This document shows, in pieces, positions 29,602 through 40,200 of a DNA stretch of 64,000 nucleotides. Numbering within the stretch: position 1 is the stretch's first letter; each line of letters starts with the position of its first letter. Source of the stretch: Bacteroidia bacterium (GTDB lineage Bacteria > Bacteroidota > Bacteroidia > AKYH767-A > OLB10); the NCBI GenBank assembly GCA_039931675.1, contig JBDTRM010000170.1, positions 2,374-66,373 on the forward strand, read 5' to 3'. A model generated the notes under the pieces. That model did not search any database and had not been told where the DNA came from. It saw nothing but the letters and a program-made list of their open reading frames with translations. Position numbers and translations under genes: made by a program.

Positions 29602-31071
29602 TTACTTGCCAAGTGAAGAAAGTTTTGATTTGATTACATCATTTTCTTCTTTTAGTTGTATGATGTATAAAGTGAGCTCTTCAATTTTCTGCATCATTTT
29701 GTTTTGCATTTCGCCAACTGCAATACCATTATTTTCTACTTCGCATGCTGATGGAATTCCCGGTAAATGACCGTTTGCTTCAATTGATTTTTTCAAATCG
29801 CTGATTGACGTTAATTGATAATCTTTCTTGAAAACAAAATCAGGCCAGCTTCCCTGAGCTGCAACTCTCAATTCAGTACATATAACTTTTCCATTAACTG
29901 AAAGTTTGTATCCATTGGCAACCTGGCCTCCACCAATAGCAACACGCTGGTTGTTTATATCAGCAATAATAACGTTAGAAGTACTCAAACCACCTCTTAT
30001 GTAAGTGTCTTCGTTAACACCTTGACAAAAGTGCGATGCAAATCCTGTGCTGGTTCCCCAAAAACTTGCTGCAGCGCTTGTGCCTGCTTTTAGAGTTACA
30101 TCTAAAGTGCTTATGGCAGATGAATTATTAATGCCGACAGCGCCTGTAGCATGTATAATAAATGGTACAGTTTGGGTTACAAATTGATCCGCGGCAGTAG
30201 CATTACTGCTGGTAAAAAAGGATAGATAGCCTGCCGCAGGGTCAAATGACATTTGAAAACCATAACCCGGCTGCATTGATTTCCATCCTGTAGATGCGTA
30301 ATAGGAATTAAACCCGATGCTTGGCCAGTTTTGAACCAATGAAATTCCTGTAGAGCCCTGTCCGAAAATTGCATTGGTTTTTCCAACGTTGCCGCTAACC
30401 ACCAATTTTGCACGGCTTGGGTCATTAGTTCCAATACCAACGTTTCCTACACTTTCCAAAATACCAGTAGTTTTGGTGCAAAGGATTAAATTTCCCGGAG
30501 TCAACCCGAAAAAAGTCAGTGGAGCAAATGGCTTAATATTCATATCATTCCCGGTTTGAAACATATCACAGGAGTTTGTATTGCCAAAGGTCATAGAACC
30601 TGAGTGAATTGTTATTTTATTAGTGGTGCCTCCTATTGTCATAGCATCACTGCCCATAATTTGATTATTAATTACATAATCTGGCGAGCCGGTTGCATTT
30701 ACGGTAAGTCCTGTTTTCCACTGTGGCACACCGGTTTGTGTATAGCGTGTAATAGCTTCGAATCCATTGGCTGCGCGGTCAATAGTAAGTTGAGCACCAT
30801 CACCTGTTGATTTTACAAGCACATCAGTAAGCCCGCTTTTTTGAACTTGTAAGGTGGAGGTTGGATTGGTAATACCAATACCAACCTGCCCGCTCTTCTT
30901 AACGGTAATGCGCGTTGCATTGTTAGTAATGATGTTAAGGTTTTGATTGGTGGTGTTGCCCAATACGCTCGTTGCTGTCGGTGCATTGCCGCCCAGGTTC
31001 CATGATTGCGCTGTCGCAAAATTGTGGGATAAGAATAGAATCGTTACGATTCCGAGGAGATTTTTTTTCAT
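29602..31071 (-). CDS. secreted fibre-like protein with conserved C-terminal 'WPDFVF...HLPGIPSA...IEELTLYII' module and coiled coil
   Basis: The signal peptide is 'MKKNLLGIVTILFLSHNFATAQ'. The N-terminus 'LGNTTNQNLNIITNNATRITV...GQVGIGITNPTSTLQV' resembles the fibre-like proteins nearby. I have seen the C-terminal block recurrently in Bacteroidota hypothetical proteins (from memory, not verified). Confidence 0.55.
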   Translation of the reverse strand: MKKNLLGIVTILFLSHNFATAQSWNLGGNAPTATSVLGNTTNQNLNIITNNATRITVKKSGQVGIGITNPTSTLQVQKSGLTDVLVKSTGDGAQLTIDRAANGFEAITRYTQTGVPQWKTGLTVNATGSPDYVINNQIMGSDAMTIGGTTNKITIHSGSMTFGNTNSCDMFQTGNDMNIKPFAPLTFFGLTPGNLILCTKTTGILESVGNVGIGTNDPSRAKLVVSGNVGKTNAIFGQGSTGISLVQNWPSIGFNSYYASTGWKSMQPGYGFQMSFDPAAGYLSFFTSSNATAADQFVTQTVPFIIHATGAVGINNSSAISTLDVTLKAGTSAAASFWGTSTGFASHFCQGVNEDTYIRGGLSTSNVIIADINNQRVAIGGGQVANGYKLSVNGKVICTELRVAAQGSWPDFVFKKDYQLTSISDLKKSIEANGHLPGIPSACEVENNGIAVGEMQNKMMQKIEELTLYIIQLKEENDVIKSKLSSLGK

Positions 31072-31113
31072 AAGAATTAATTTTTAGTTTTTTGAATTAT
31101 TTAAATTATGATC

Positions 31114-31173
31114 CAAAAGTCGCGGGTGCGGAAAGCAAAAAAAACCACATAAAAAGGGGGGAGATTTGTTTTG
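31114..31173 (-). promoter_or_regulatory. conserved upstream element, copy A (core 'AAAAAACCACATAAAAAGGGGGGA' on the + strand) with a -7-like GACTTTTG
   Basis: 43/60 identity with 35798-35857, and the 25-nt core has a single mismatch. It sits at the same distance upstream of the start codon of the fibre gene. Confidence 0.45.
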
Positions 31174-31252
31174 AGTTTGCTGTTTGTTGTTTGGGGTCGG
31201 TCGTGTTACTTTAAGATTGAAGGCGTATAGTTTTGGGTGGCGTATAAAGGGC

Positions 31253-31288
31253 AATAGAGGCTGCCATAAATTTGACAGCCTCTATTGC
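31253..31288 (-). terminator. hairpin terminator downstream of the 31304-33508 gene
   Basis: 12-bp stem CAATAGAGGCTG/CAGCCTCTATTG with a weak T-tract. Confidence 0.55.
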
Positions 31289-31303
31289 ATTTGGAAAGAG
31301 ATT

Positions 31304-33508
31304 TTATTCCACAAGCAACTTTTGTGATTGCACCAATTCATTTTGATTGAACAGTTGCAACAAATAAGTTCCGGAATTTAATGATGAGGTTTTCAAATCA
31401 AAAATTGAATTGCCATTAACATTGTAAGTGTTTATTTGTTTTCCAGTTGCATCAATAACCTTTAGGATATATGTTTGACTTTTATCTGATGATGTGATTG
31501 AAATCTTTGCAATATCTTTTGCAGGGTTAGGAGAAATAATTAATTGGGTTGATGAAGTATTTTGTGAACTTGTTTTTTGATTAATGGTAAGTGCGTTCAA
31601 TTGTTTTTGCATTTCAATTAATGCAGATTTCAATTCTTCATTTTGTTGCGAAAGTTCCTGTACCGATTTTACTAATGGGACAACAAATTTTTCATACGAA
31701 AGGCTATAATTGTCAACTTCACTTTCTGGATGATGGATGCCATTAAAATTATATCCGGTTTTTAATGCAGCAGCTTGTACTTCCTGTGCTATGAAACCCG
31801 TTTGTCTTATTGCGCTTGCTTTTTCAAGCCCATCTTTCATCATTTCAATTTGTTCTGTACGCATACTATCAGAAAAATTCTGTCGCAAAAACTCTTCAAA
31901 CTTTTTGTTATCGAAATTATAAACCACCGGACGCAATGCATTTATAAACTCAAGCCCTTTTACTTCTTCTTTTACATTAAATTTAAATCGTCCATCAGAA
32001 GTTGTCCATGAACCTGCATTTGATTCTACAACTGTAATAGAACTATTGCCTATTCTTACTTTATCCGTTGCATTAACAACTGCATAATAGCCAAGTGCCA
32101 TTGCATTTCCTAATGACCCAGTAGCAACGTCAGCATTTCTTCCCAAACCTATATTACCGTACCCACCTACGTTGTAATAAAGTGCTTGATTCCCATTTGC
32201 AGTGTTACCAGAGCCAGTATTTGAAAAAAGTGCCTGGTATCCATTTGCAGTATTATTATAGCCGCTGATATTTGAATAGAGCGCATTGTAACCAAAAGCG
32301 GAGTTGGGGCCTCCGGTGGTATTTGAGTATAAAGCATACATTCCGGCTGCTGTGTTATAAGACCCATCTGTATTATTTTCCAAAGCATTGGCACCAAAAG
32401 CAGAATTGTTGTTGCCATAACCAAAAGAAAAATTACCAGAACCATTCGATAATGCATGATAACCACATGCTGTATTATAGTCTTGACCTATAACTGAGAA
32501 TAATGCACTTGTACCTATTCCGGTATTACCAACACCAGTGGAATTTGAAGACAATGCACCTGTACCAAAAGCGGAGTTCTCTTCACCTGTTGTATTTGAG
32601 TATAATGCACTGTTACCAGAGGCTGTATTATTAAAACCTGTTGTATTTGTTTGCAGAGCATATACACCAGATGCAGAATTTCCATAGCCTGTTGTATTGG
32701 CGTAAAGTGCATAGCTGCCTGTTGCAGTGTTTTCATTTCCGGTTGTGTTTGAAAATAATGTGAGATTTCCGATTGCAGTATTACCTCCCCCTGTTGTATT
32801 GTTATACAATACTTCAAAACCGTTTGCAACATTAGTTCCTCCCGATGTATTATTTATCAATGCTGCATAACCTGTTGCAGTATTATTATTGCCAATGGTA
32901 TTATAAACCAAACTGTTTTCGCCAACAGCCACGTTTGAATTTCCTGTGGTATTGAATTTTAAAACATTGCTGCCTATTGCTGTATTGTAGCCACCCGTTC
33001 CGGTACTGCCTGCACTTTCGCCAATGATGGTATTTACACCTGATTTATAACTCATCATTTTTTTTCCGTTTAAAAACAAGCCGCCTTTGAGATAAATATT
33101 TTTCCACGCAAGTGCAGAGGTTCCTAAATCAAATGTGTTACTCGCATTTGGTTTTAGCGATTGATTAATTGAAGTTGTTGCAAGATTAGATAAGGCAGTG
33201 TTTGCACCCGATGCTGTGCCCGATACGGCAGTCCACGCTGTTCCGTTGTAATAATAAAAACCTTGCGTGCTGTTGGTTTGATAAATCATCAAGCCAGTGG
33301 CCGGTGTTGCAATAGCATCTCGTTGCGTTAGTGTCATGCGTGGAATAAGCAAACCTTTTGCAGTGCTTTTTATTTCAAGCAGGGCAGATGTGTTTGGTGT
33401 TGCCGTTCCAATACCTGCGCTGCCTGTGGCTGGAAATGTGTTTTGTGCAAATACATTTGAATGTGAAATAAACAGAATAATGATAATTCTTAATAGATTT
33501 TTTTTCAT
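31304..33508 (-). CDS. tail-fibre-like T9SS protein: 'KGLLIPRMT' module, NTAxG..AL..NTTG repeat region, peptidase-S74 (endosialidase-chaperone) domain, coiled coil, T9SS CTD
   Basis: '[29 protein letters not shown]...TGFIAQEV...[19 protein letters not shown]' matches the S74 intramolecular chaperone pattern (SD.R.K...L..LRPV.Y......G.IAQEV). The C-terminus '[14 protein letters not shown]...GTYLLQLF' is a CTD. Confidence 0.8.
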   Translation of the reverse strand: MKKNLLRIIIILFISHSNVFAQNTFPATGSAGIGTATPNTSALLEIKSTAKGLLIPRMTLTQRDAIATPATGLMIYQTNSTQGFYYYNGTAWTAVSGTASGANTALSNLATTSINQSLKPNASNTFDLGTSALAWKNIYLKGGLFLNGKKMMSYKSGVNTIIGESAGSTGTGGYNTAIGSNVLKFNTTGNSNVAVGENSLVYNTIGNNNTATGYAALINNTSGGTNVANGFEVLYNNTTGGGNTAIGNLTLFSNTTGNENTATGSYALYANTTGYGNSASGVYALQTNTTGFNNTASGNSALYSNTTGEENSAFGTGALSSNSTGVGNTGIGTSALFSVIGQDYNTACGYHALSNGSGNFSFGYGNNNSAFGANALENNTDGSYNTAAGMYALYSNTTGGPNSAFGYNALYSNISGYNNTANGYQALFSNTGSGNTANGNQALYYNVGGYGNIGLGRNADVATGSLGNAMALGYYAVVNATDKVRIGNSSITVVESNAGSWTTSDGRFKFNVKEEVKGLEFINALRPVVYNFDNKKFEEFLRQNFSDSMRTEQIEMMKDGLEKASAIRQTGFIAQEVQAAALKTGYNFNGIHHPESEVDNYSLSYEKFVVPLVKSVQELSQQNEELKSALIEMQKQLNALTINQKTSSQNTSSTQLIISPNPAKDIAKISITSSDKSQTYILKVIDATGKQINTYNVNGNSIFDLKTSSLNSGTYLLQLFNQNELVQSQKLLVE

Positions 33509-33568
33509 TGTTAGAAGTTTTTAGTGCGATAGCTATCGGAATGAATTGTTTTTAAAAGTATAAATTTT

Positions 33569-35743
33569 TTACTCCACAACCAACTTTTGGGATTGCACCA
33601 ATTCATTTTGATTGAACAGTTGCAATAAATAAGTTCCTGAATTTAATGTTGAAGTGTTCAACTCAAAAACAGAATTGCTATTAACATTGTACGTTTTGAT
33701 TTCCTTTCCAATAGCATCTATAACTTTTAGCATATAGGTTTGAATTTTATCAGATGATGTAATTGAAATTTTTGCAACATCTTTTGCAGGGTTTGGAGAA
33801 ATGCTTAGTTGAGTTGATGAACTGTTTTGCAAACCTGTTTTTTGATTGCCGACAATTGAGTTCTGTTGTTTCATTTCAATGAATGCAGCTTTTAATTCCA
33901 TTATTTCCTTTTTCAATATTTCGTTCTCTTGCGAAAGCTCCTGGATTGATTTTACAACAGGCACCACAAATTCAGCATAACGCAAGCCCATTATTTTGCC
34001 GCTCTTATCCACACCGCTGAAATCATAATTTATTTTTTTTGCCGATGCTTCAACTTCTTGCGCAATAAATCCTGTAAAGGCAATTTTTTCAATGTCATAT
34101 TTTTCAGGATAAGAACTGCTGTCATTAATTCCTGTCAATTCATTTTCCTTATCCAAATCGAAATGATAAGTAACAGGGCGCAAATCATTTATAAATTTTA
34201 AGCCGGGCACATTTTCTTTAATTTCTTTTTTAATTCTTCCATCAGAAAAATTTGTCCAGCCAACTTGTCCGCCTATACTGCTCACTGAATTGTCGCCCAG
34301 TCGTATTTTGTTTGAGGCATCTACAATTGCTTCGCTGCCAATAGCGGTAATATTATTAAAAGTGCCGACAAAGGTTGTAGGGTTTGCTTGCCAGCCAACC
34401 GCTGTATTTTTTTGGCCTGTAGTATTCCAGTTTAGTGCACGTTGACCTATTCCAACATTACGATAGCCAGTCGTATTATATTCAAATGCACCATAACCCA
34501 CAGCTACATTATCACCACCGGTTGTGTTGGAAGACATGGCTCCATAGCCCATAGCACAATTTCCACCCCCAGTTGAATTGAATTGAAGCGCACCAGAACC
34601 AAATGCAGAGTTCCCACTAGCATTAGGGCCATTAGAATTTAATAATGCATGATGACCGCATGCAGTGTTATCTCTTCCGATTTCATTGCTGTAAAGTGCT
34701 TTAAATCCAAAGGCAGAATTGCTGTAACCGCCAGTATTAAATAAAAGTGAGCCATATCCAAAAGCAGCATTGGCATACCCTGAGTCATTTTGATAAAGCG
34801 CGTATGCACCGGTTGCTGTATTTTGAGTTCCGGAAATGTTTACTGACAATGCTGCAAATCCGATTGCCGTATTTTCATCAGCGTTATTAATTCTTAATGC
34901 CGAATTGCCAATAGCAATATTGTACCGACCTGTTGTATTATACTGCATAGCACTTTTTCCAATAGCAGTATTATATGAACCTGATATATTTGAAAATAAC
35001 GCAAGTGAACCGATGCCAATGTTACTATTGCCTGTGGTATTATCATACAATGCTTCAAAACCATTAGCTACATTATCGTTTCCAATATCATTATTTATCA
35101 ATGCTGCATAACCGGTTGCAGTATTATTATTGCCTGTTGAATTATAATACATACTTAGTTCACCTACACTTACATTTGAATTACCTGTTGTATTGAAATG
35201 CAACACATTTGTTCCAATGGCTGTATTATATCCTCCTGAACCGCTGCTACCAGCGTTCTCGCCAATGATTGTATTTACACCGGCTTTGTAGCTCATCATT
35301 TTTGTTCCATTAAGATAAAGTCCGCCTTTCAAATACATATCCTTCCACGCAAGAGCAGCATTTCCCAAATCAATTGTGCCATCAACATTTGGTTTTAGTG
35401 TTTGATTAACTGCCGTAGTAGCCGCAAGATTTGATAAGGAAGTGTTAGCTCCTTTTGAAACATTGCCCCATGCTGTTCCACTATAATAATAGAAACCCGG
35501 TGTGCTGTTGGTTTGATAAATCATTAAACCTGTTGCAGGAGTTGCAATGGCATCTCGTTGTGTTTTTGTCATTCGTGGGATAAGCAAACCTTTTGTGGTG
35601 CTTTTTATTTCAAGAAGTGCAGATGTGTTAGGCGATGCTGTGCCAATACCTGCACTACCTGTTGCAGGGAAAGTGTTTTGTGCAAATACATTGGTATGTG
35701 CAGCAATCAAAATCATTATGATGCTTAATAGATTTTTTTTCAT
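33569..35743 (-). CDS. tail-fibre-like T9SS protein, paralogue of 31304-33508
   Basis: Same architecture, with '[30 protein letters not shown]...TGFIAQEV'. The N-terminal ~90 aa and the CTD are nearly identical to the paralogue, while the central repeat region has diverged. Confidence 0.8.
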   Translation of the reverse strand: MKKNLLSIIMILIAAHTNVFAQNTFPATGSAGIGTASPNTSALLEIKSTTKGLLIPRMTKTQRDAIATPATGLMIYQTNSTPGFYYYSGTAWGNVSKGANTSLSNLAATTAVNQTLKPNVDGTIDLGNAALAWKDMYLKGGLYLNGTKMMSYKAGVNTIIGENAGSSGSGGYNTAIGTNVLHFNTTGNSNVSVGELSMYYNSTGNNNTATGYAALINNDIGNDNVANGFEALYDNTTGNSNIGIGSLALFSNISGSYNTAIGKSAMQYNTTGRYNIAIGNSALRINNADENTAIGFAALSVNISGTQNTATGAYALYQNDSGYANAAFGYGSLLFNTGGYSNSAFGFKALYSNEIGRDNTACGHHALLNSNGPNASGNSAFGSGALQFNSTGGGNCAMGYGAMSSNTTGGDNVAVGYGAFEYNTTGYRNVGIGQRALNWNTTGQKNTAVGWQANPTTFVGTFNNITAIGSEAIVDASNKIRLGDNSVSSIGGQVGWTNFSDGRIKKEIKENVPGLKFINDLRPVTYHFDLDKENELTGINDSSSYPEKYDIEKIAFTGFIAQEVEASAKKINYDFSGVDKSGKIMGLRYAEFVVPVVKSIQELSQENEILKKEIMELKAAFIEMKQQNSIVGNQKTGLQNSSSTQLSISPNPAKDVAKISITSSDKIQTYMLKVIDAIGKEIKTYNVNSNSVFELNTSTLNSGTYLLQLFNQNELVQSQKLVVE

Positions 35744-35797
35744 CGTTGTAAGTTTTTAGTTTTTGTTCCGATTATCGGGATATCTGAATTTATAAAA

Positions 35798-35857
35798 CAA
35801 AAGTCGTTATGAGGCAAATCGAAAAAACCCACATAAAAAGGGGGGATTATTTTTGTT
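35798..35857 (-). promoter_or_regulatory. conserved upstream element, copy B
   Basis: See 31114-31173. It lies in the divergent promoter region between 35743 and 35913. Confidence 0.45.
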
Positions 35858-35912
35858 GGTTAAAATACAATTTTTACATTTACTTATCATAAATCTTTAA
35901 AATTAATCCATT

Positions 35913-36767
35913 ATGAAAAATAAACTACTTACAATATTATTGATAATAAGCTTTAGCAACTTAAGTAAAGCACAAATACTAAATGGCGGTTTCGAAAACT
36001 GGAATGCCGGATTACCGGTTGACTGGTGGGGTGTCGTCATCCCTCCTTATAATTTATTAACACAAACTAACGATGCACACTCCGGTAGTTTTGCTGTTAA
36101 ACTACAAGTTGAAGATTTAAGCGGGACAGCAATTGCATCCCCACTTGCAACAGGTGATGGAGCCACTACCACTCATTCCTTAACGTATGTACCCGGAAGC
36201 GTTTCTTTTTGGTATAAACTAAATCCTGTTGGAGGTGATTATCTTTCACTTACTGCACTTGTTTATTCCGGGGGTACGGGCACGGGAGTTGCTATTCAAC
36301 AGATACCCGCAGCTACAAATTATACCCTTTATACTGCACCAATTATGTATGGTGGTACTGTTCCACCAACTGCTGATTCAATTGCCATAATTTTTACAAT
36401 TGCCAATGCAACTGGTTCTCCCACAATTGGCACCGAAGCTAAGATTGATGATATATCAACAAGCATCAGTTCCGGATTACAATCACAAAATTTGTTGAAA
36501 AACAAATGGACTATCAACCCTAATCCTGCAGATCAAACAGCAACTGTAAATTTCGAAAGTGTAGTTAATGGTAATGTAATATTCAGCATTACTAATGCAA
36601 CCGGAAAAATGGTTTATCAAAACAAGAATGTAAAAATTATGGCAGGCAATAATTTGTTCCCATTGAATACAGAAAAATTTAAACCAGGCATGTATTTCTG
36701 CACAATAGAATCAGAAGGGAAAACAGCATCAAAATCATTTTTTATAAATCATGTTGAAACTAAATGA
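35913..36767 (+). CDS. T9SS-secreted hypothetical protein (type-A CTD)
   Basis: The signal peptide is 'MKNKLLTILLIISFSNLSKAQ'. The C-terminus 'INPNPADQTATVNF...GMYFCTIE' is a CTD. Confidence 0.7.
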   Translation: MKNKLLTILLIISFSNLSKAQILNGGFENWNAGLPVDWWGVVIPPYNLLTQTNDAHSGSFAVKLQVEDLSGTAIASPLATGDGATTTHSLTYVPGSVSFWYKLNPVGGDYLSLTALVYSGGTGTGVAIQQIPAATNYTLYTAPIMYGGTVPPTADSIAIIFTIANATGSPTIGTEAKIDDISTSISSGLQSQNLLKNKWTINPNPADQTATVNFESVVNGNVIFSITNATGKMVYQNKNVKIMAGNNLFPLNTEKFKPGMYFCTIESEGKTASKSFFINHVETK

Positions 36768-37204
36768 AATGTAAATTTTAATTTGGTTTCTAAAGCTTCA
36801 GAATTTAATTAACAATTACTTGTACTTTAATTTTAGAATTTTAAAATGTAGTGTTACAACAAAAAATTATTTAAACTCATCAATCGAATAACCCACATGC
36901 ATTACTTTTGATAAAATCAAATGGAGAAAGTCCCTGGTGCAAACAAAGACAGAATCACAATTTTGCTTTTGTTGCTTTTCATTGGGTGCTGAGTATCTAA
37001 CTGCTATGCCGATTATCATTTATGGTGTTATGGAACTTTTTAAGGTATTTGAGTTCATCTGTTTAATCTTGATTCAGTCCCCTTTGTTTGATTTTATTAT
37101 TAAAAGTTATCCGATTTGTATGGTTAGAGTTCAATCTAAAAGCGGTGAACTAACAGGGGAACAGGGATTTACATTTATTGCCGTGCTTGTCCTTAAAAAC
37201 ATTT

Positions 37205-40200
37205 TCATTCAACTTTTAACTCTTTTACAAAAGCCTCATCCTGCAACAATTTATCAATAGCACCTTCCAGTTCATTTATTAGCTTATCGGTGTTTTCAAA
37301 TAAAACTGGGAAGTGCTCTATTTCTTTTAATAGTTCTAAAAAATCAAATCGGCTATTTGCATCAGTTTTTCCCTGGGCTTTTGGCAGGTCTATATCTTTC
37401 TGGAATATGTTTATTCTTGGCATCTGCTTATTCTCAAATAAGGATTTGGCAAGCTTAAATTCTTCTGAAGAGTATTTGCCAACCTTAGAATAAAATAGCA
37501 TCATGAATAAATTACATTGCTGAATTTCGAGATTATAGTTATCCTGCGAGCGAAGTGATTTACCAACATGCTTCCCATCTTCCCATATTAATAGCTCAAT
37601 TAAAAAGCCCTTTTTTCTTAATTCTTTGTTTTTTCTGCCGAGTGCCTGCTCTATTTTTTCTCGTTCATTTATAAGTTCATTTGAAGAAGCCAGAAACAAA
37701 TTAAGTATCCGAAATTCAGCAGAGCCTTCCCTTACCACTTTTTCTTTTAGCAGAAGGGTTTGTCCTTCCTTATACTTCTCAAAGACAAAAGTGTTTTCAA
37801 GGAGTTCTATCACATTCAATGTTTCTAAAGAATTATCACATTCCACTTCATACCTCTCTTTTTCTAAACGGAATTGGAGATTAATTAAGTCGAAATAATG
37901 CTGCTTGTTTTTTCCGGTTCGGCAACCTTCACATATACAAGGTACTTTTTCCTTGTACTTAATTCCCTTGTAGTCCGCATGCAACGCCCTGAAGGTTTTC
38001 AATATTACAGTCATCATTCCCTTGCGGTTAGTTCCCTGCGTTCGAATATAAAAAGCATCCCGGCCCTGTAATTTGGTTTTAGAAACTTCAGCAAGAGCTT
38101 CGTCTTCCCAATTAAGAATAACCCCGTATCGCCAAACAAGAGTTCTGCCCTTAGCAATATCTGCGTAACGGGTAACTATGAATTGGGTTAATAATGCTTT
38201 GGGTAAAAATTCGTACTCAATATACAATTCCAGTGAGTCTTCCTCTGGCCATGAAAAATCCTCTGGTCTGCCAGGTGGTAAAAGTGGCGGTGTTACAAAC
38301 TCGTCTTTGCCGGGTAATTGGTAAGCCAGCTTAAACTGTTTCATCAATTCTAATAGCTGTGGGCGCATATCTTCATATTCAGGACTATCCCAAATTCGCT
38401 TTAGATCTGACTGGTTAAAAAAACCGCATTTATGTTCCGCTACTTCTTTATCATCTAAAACCCTATATACTGCATCTGTTGCCCATTTATTATTAAGAAT
38501 GATATACTGCTTTAATAGTTCACTCTTTTGGTAATGGAGGCAATCGCCCACTTTATGCAAAACAGAACTCAGGATTAAGGCACTTTCCCTTTCGGGGAGA
38601 TTATTTTCTTTACATATTTTAAGGTATTCATGCAACGTTATATACTGATCATTTCTCCGTTCATTTAAAATTCTACGGATCGCTGCCCAATTCGAAGGAA
38701 AGGTATATTTTGTATGGGGAAGGGTTTGGGCAAGTAAATGAATGTATTTTTCTGCAGCTTGGAAGTCTTGTTTTGTTCCTAAATTAACGGTGAACACTTC
38801 CTTTAATAATTCAGGAAATTGTTTTTTCCAATAATTGCTGTCAAAGCTGCCCATACCGATTCCTGTCTTAAATTCATTCAGCACCAATACGAGAGGACTG
38901 CCTTCCCCAAAAAGTGCCGCAGTTTGAAACCAATCATCATAGTCAGTAGTCATATTTCCACTTTCTGCTACCATAACGTACAAGCTGCTTTCAGTGTAAA
39001 ACAGTTGATGTAGTGTTTTGTACTTGTCCTGGCCGGCAAAGTCCCAGATATTTATTTTGAAATCCTTACCATTGGCTAAAGGGAAACTATACGCTCCAAT
39101 TATAATATCAACCCCTTGTGTACGGTCAGCTTGTGTTGGTAATTCTTCGCCTAATAGACGATTAGCAAGAGATGTTTTGCCTGATCGGCCATCACCTAAT
39201 AGGATCAGTTTAGCTTCATTTAATAATTCCGTACCGCTTTTTCTGCTTTGATCAAAATATTCCTGTATTGCTTTATTGCCCTTTTTAATGATATCGGGAG
39301 GAGGATTTGTAAAGGGATTATTATCAACGTTAATACGCCTTCCTGTAGCATCCTCCCATAACGTACTTATATTAAAATCAATTTTCCACTTAATTGGAAG
39401 ATCTAACCGTAATAAATATTCTGATATTTCAGTTAGTTGGTTATCGTTTAAATGGAGAGAAGTTAGTTGAATGAGCTGTTCTAAACCTTTCATTTCGGTG
39501 ATTTGGTTATGGCTTAAATCAAGAATAGTAAGTTGTTTGAGCTGTTCTAAGCCTTGTATTCCGGATAGTTGGTTTTGGTCTAAAGAGAGAGAAGTTAGTT
39601 GAATAAGCTTTCCTAAGCCTTTTATTTCTGTAAGTTGGTTATCGTTTAAAACAAGATCTGTTAGTTGAGTGAGCTGTTCTAAGCCTTGTATTTCGGTGAT
39701 TTGGTTATGGCTTAAATCAAGAGTAGTAAGTTTTGTGAGCTGTTCTAAGCCTTTAATTTCGGTGATTTTGTTATGGTCTAAAAGGAGCCCAGTTAGTTGA
39801 ATGAGCTTTTCTAAGCCTTTTATTTCTGTGAGTTGGTTACTACCCAAATCAAACAGAGTAAGGTGAATTAGTAATTCTAAGCCTTTTATTTCTTTGAATT
39901 GGTTATTGCCCAATCGAAGCATTGTTAGTTGAGTGAGTTGCTCTAAGCCATTTATTTCCGTGAGTTGGTTATCGCTTAAATCAAGATTAGTAAGTTTTGT
40001 AAGCGGTTCTAAGCCTTGTATTTCGCTGATTTGGTTACCGCTTAAATTAAGTGTAGTTAATTGAGTAAGTTCTTCTAAGCCTTTAATTACTGAAAGTTTA
40101 CCACCCAAATTTGGCTCAGTAGGTGGAGTGAGCGATTCCAAACTTTTTACTCTTCTATGGATATTGTCCTCCGACAAATCAAGCTCAGATAATTGAGAGA

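Noticed and set aside
31304-35743. Tail-fibre and S74-chaperone genes as evidence of a prophage.
   Set aside because: There are no capsid, terminase, portal, baseplate, integrase or lysis genes nearby. The proteins have Sec signal peptides and T9SS CTDs, so they look like host surface fibres rather than part of a phage.
36937-37260. 107-aa ORF on the + strand overlapping the 3' end of the ROCO gene.
   Set aside because: It has an alternative-codon start, no recognisable family and AT-rich low-complexity sequence, and it overlaps a strongly supported gene. It is kept only as a low-interest note about a possible antisense promoter.
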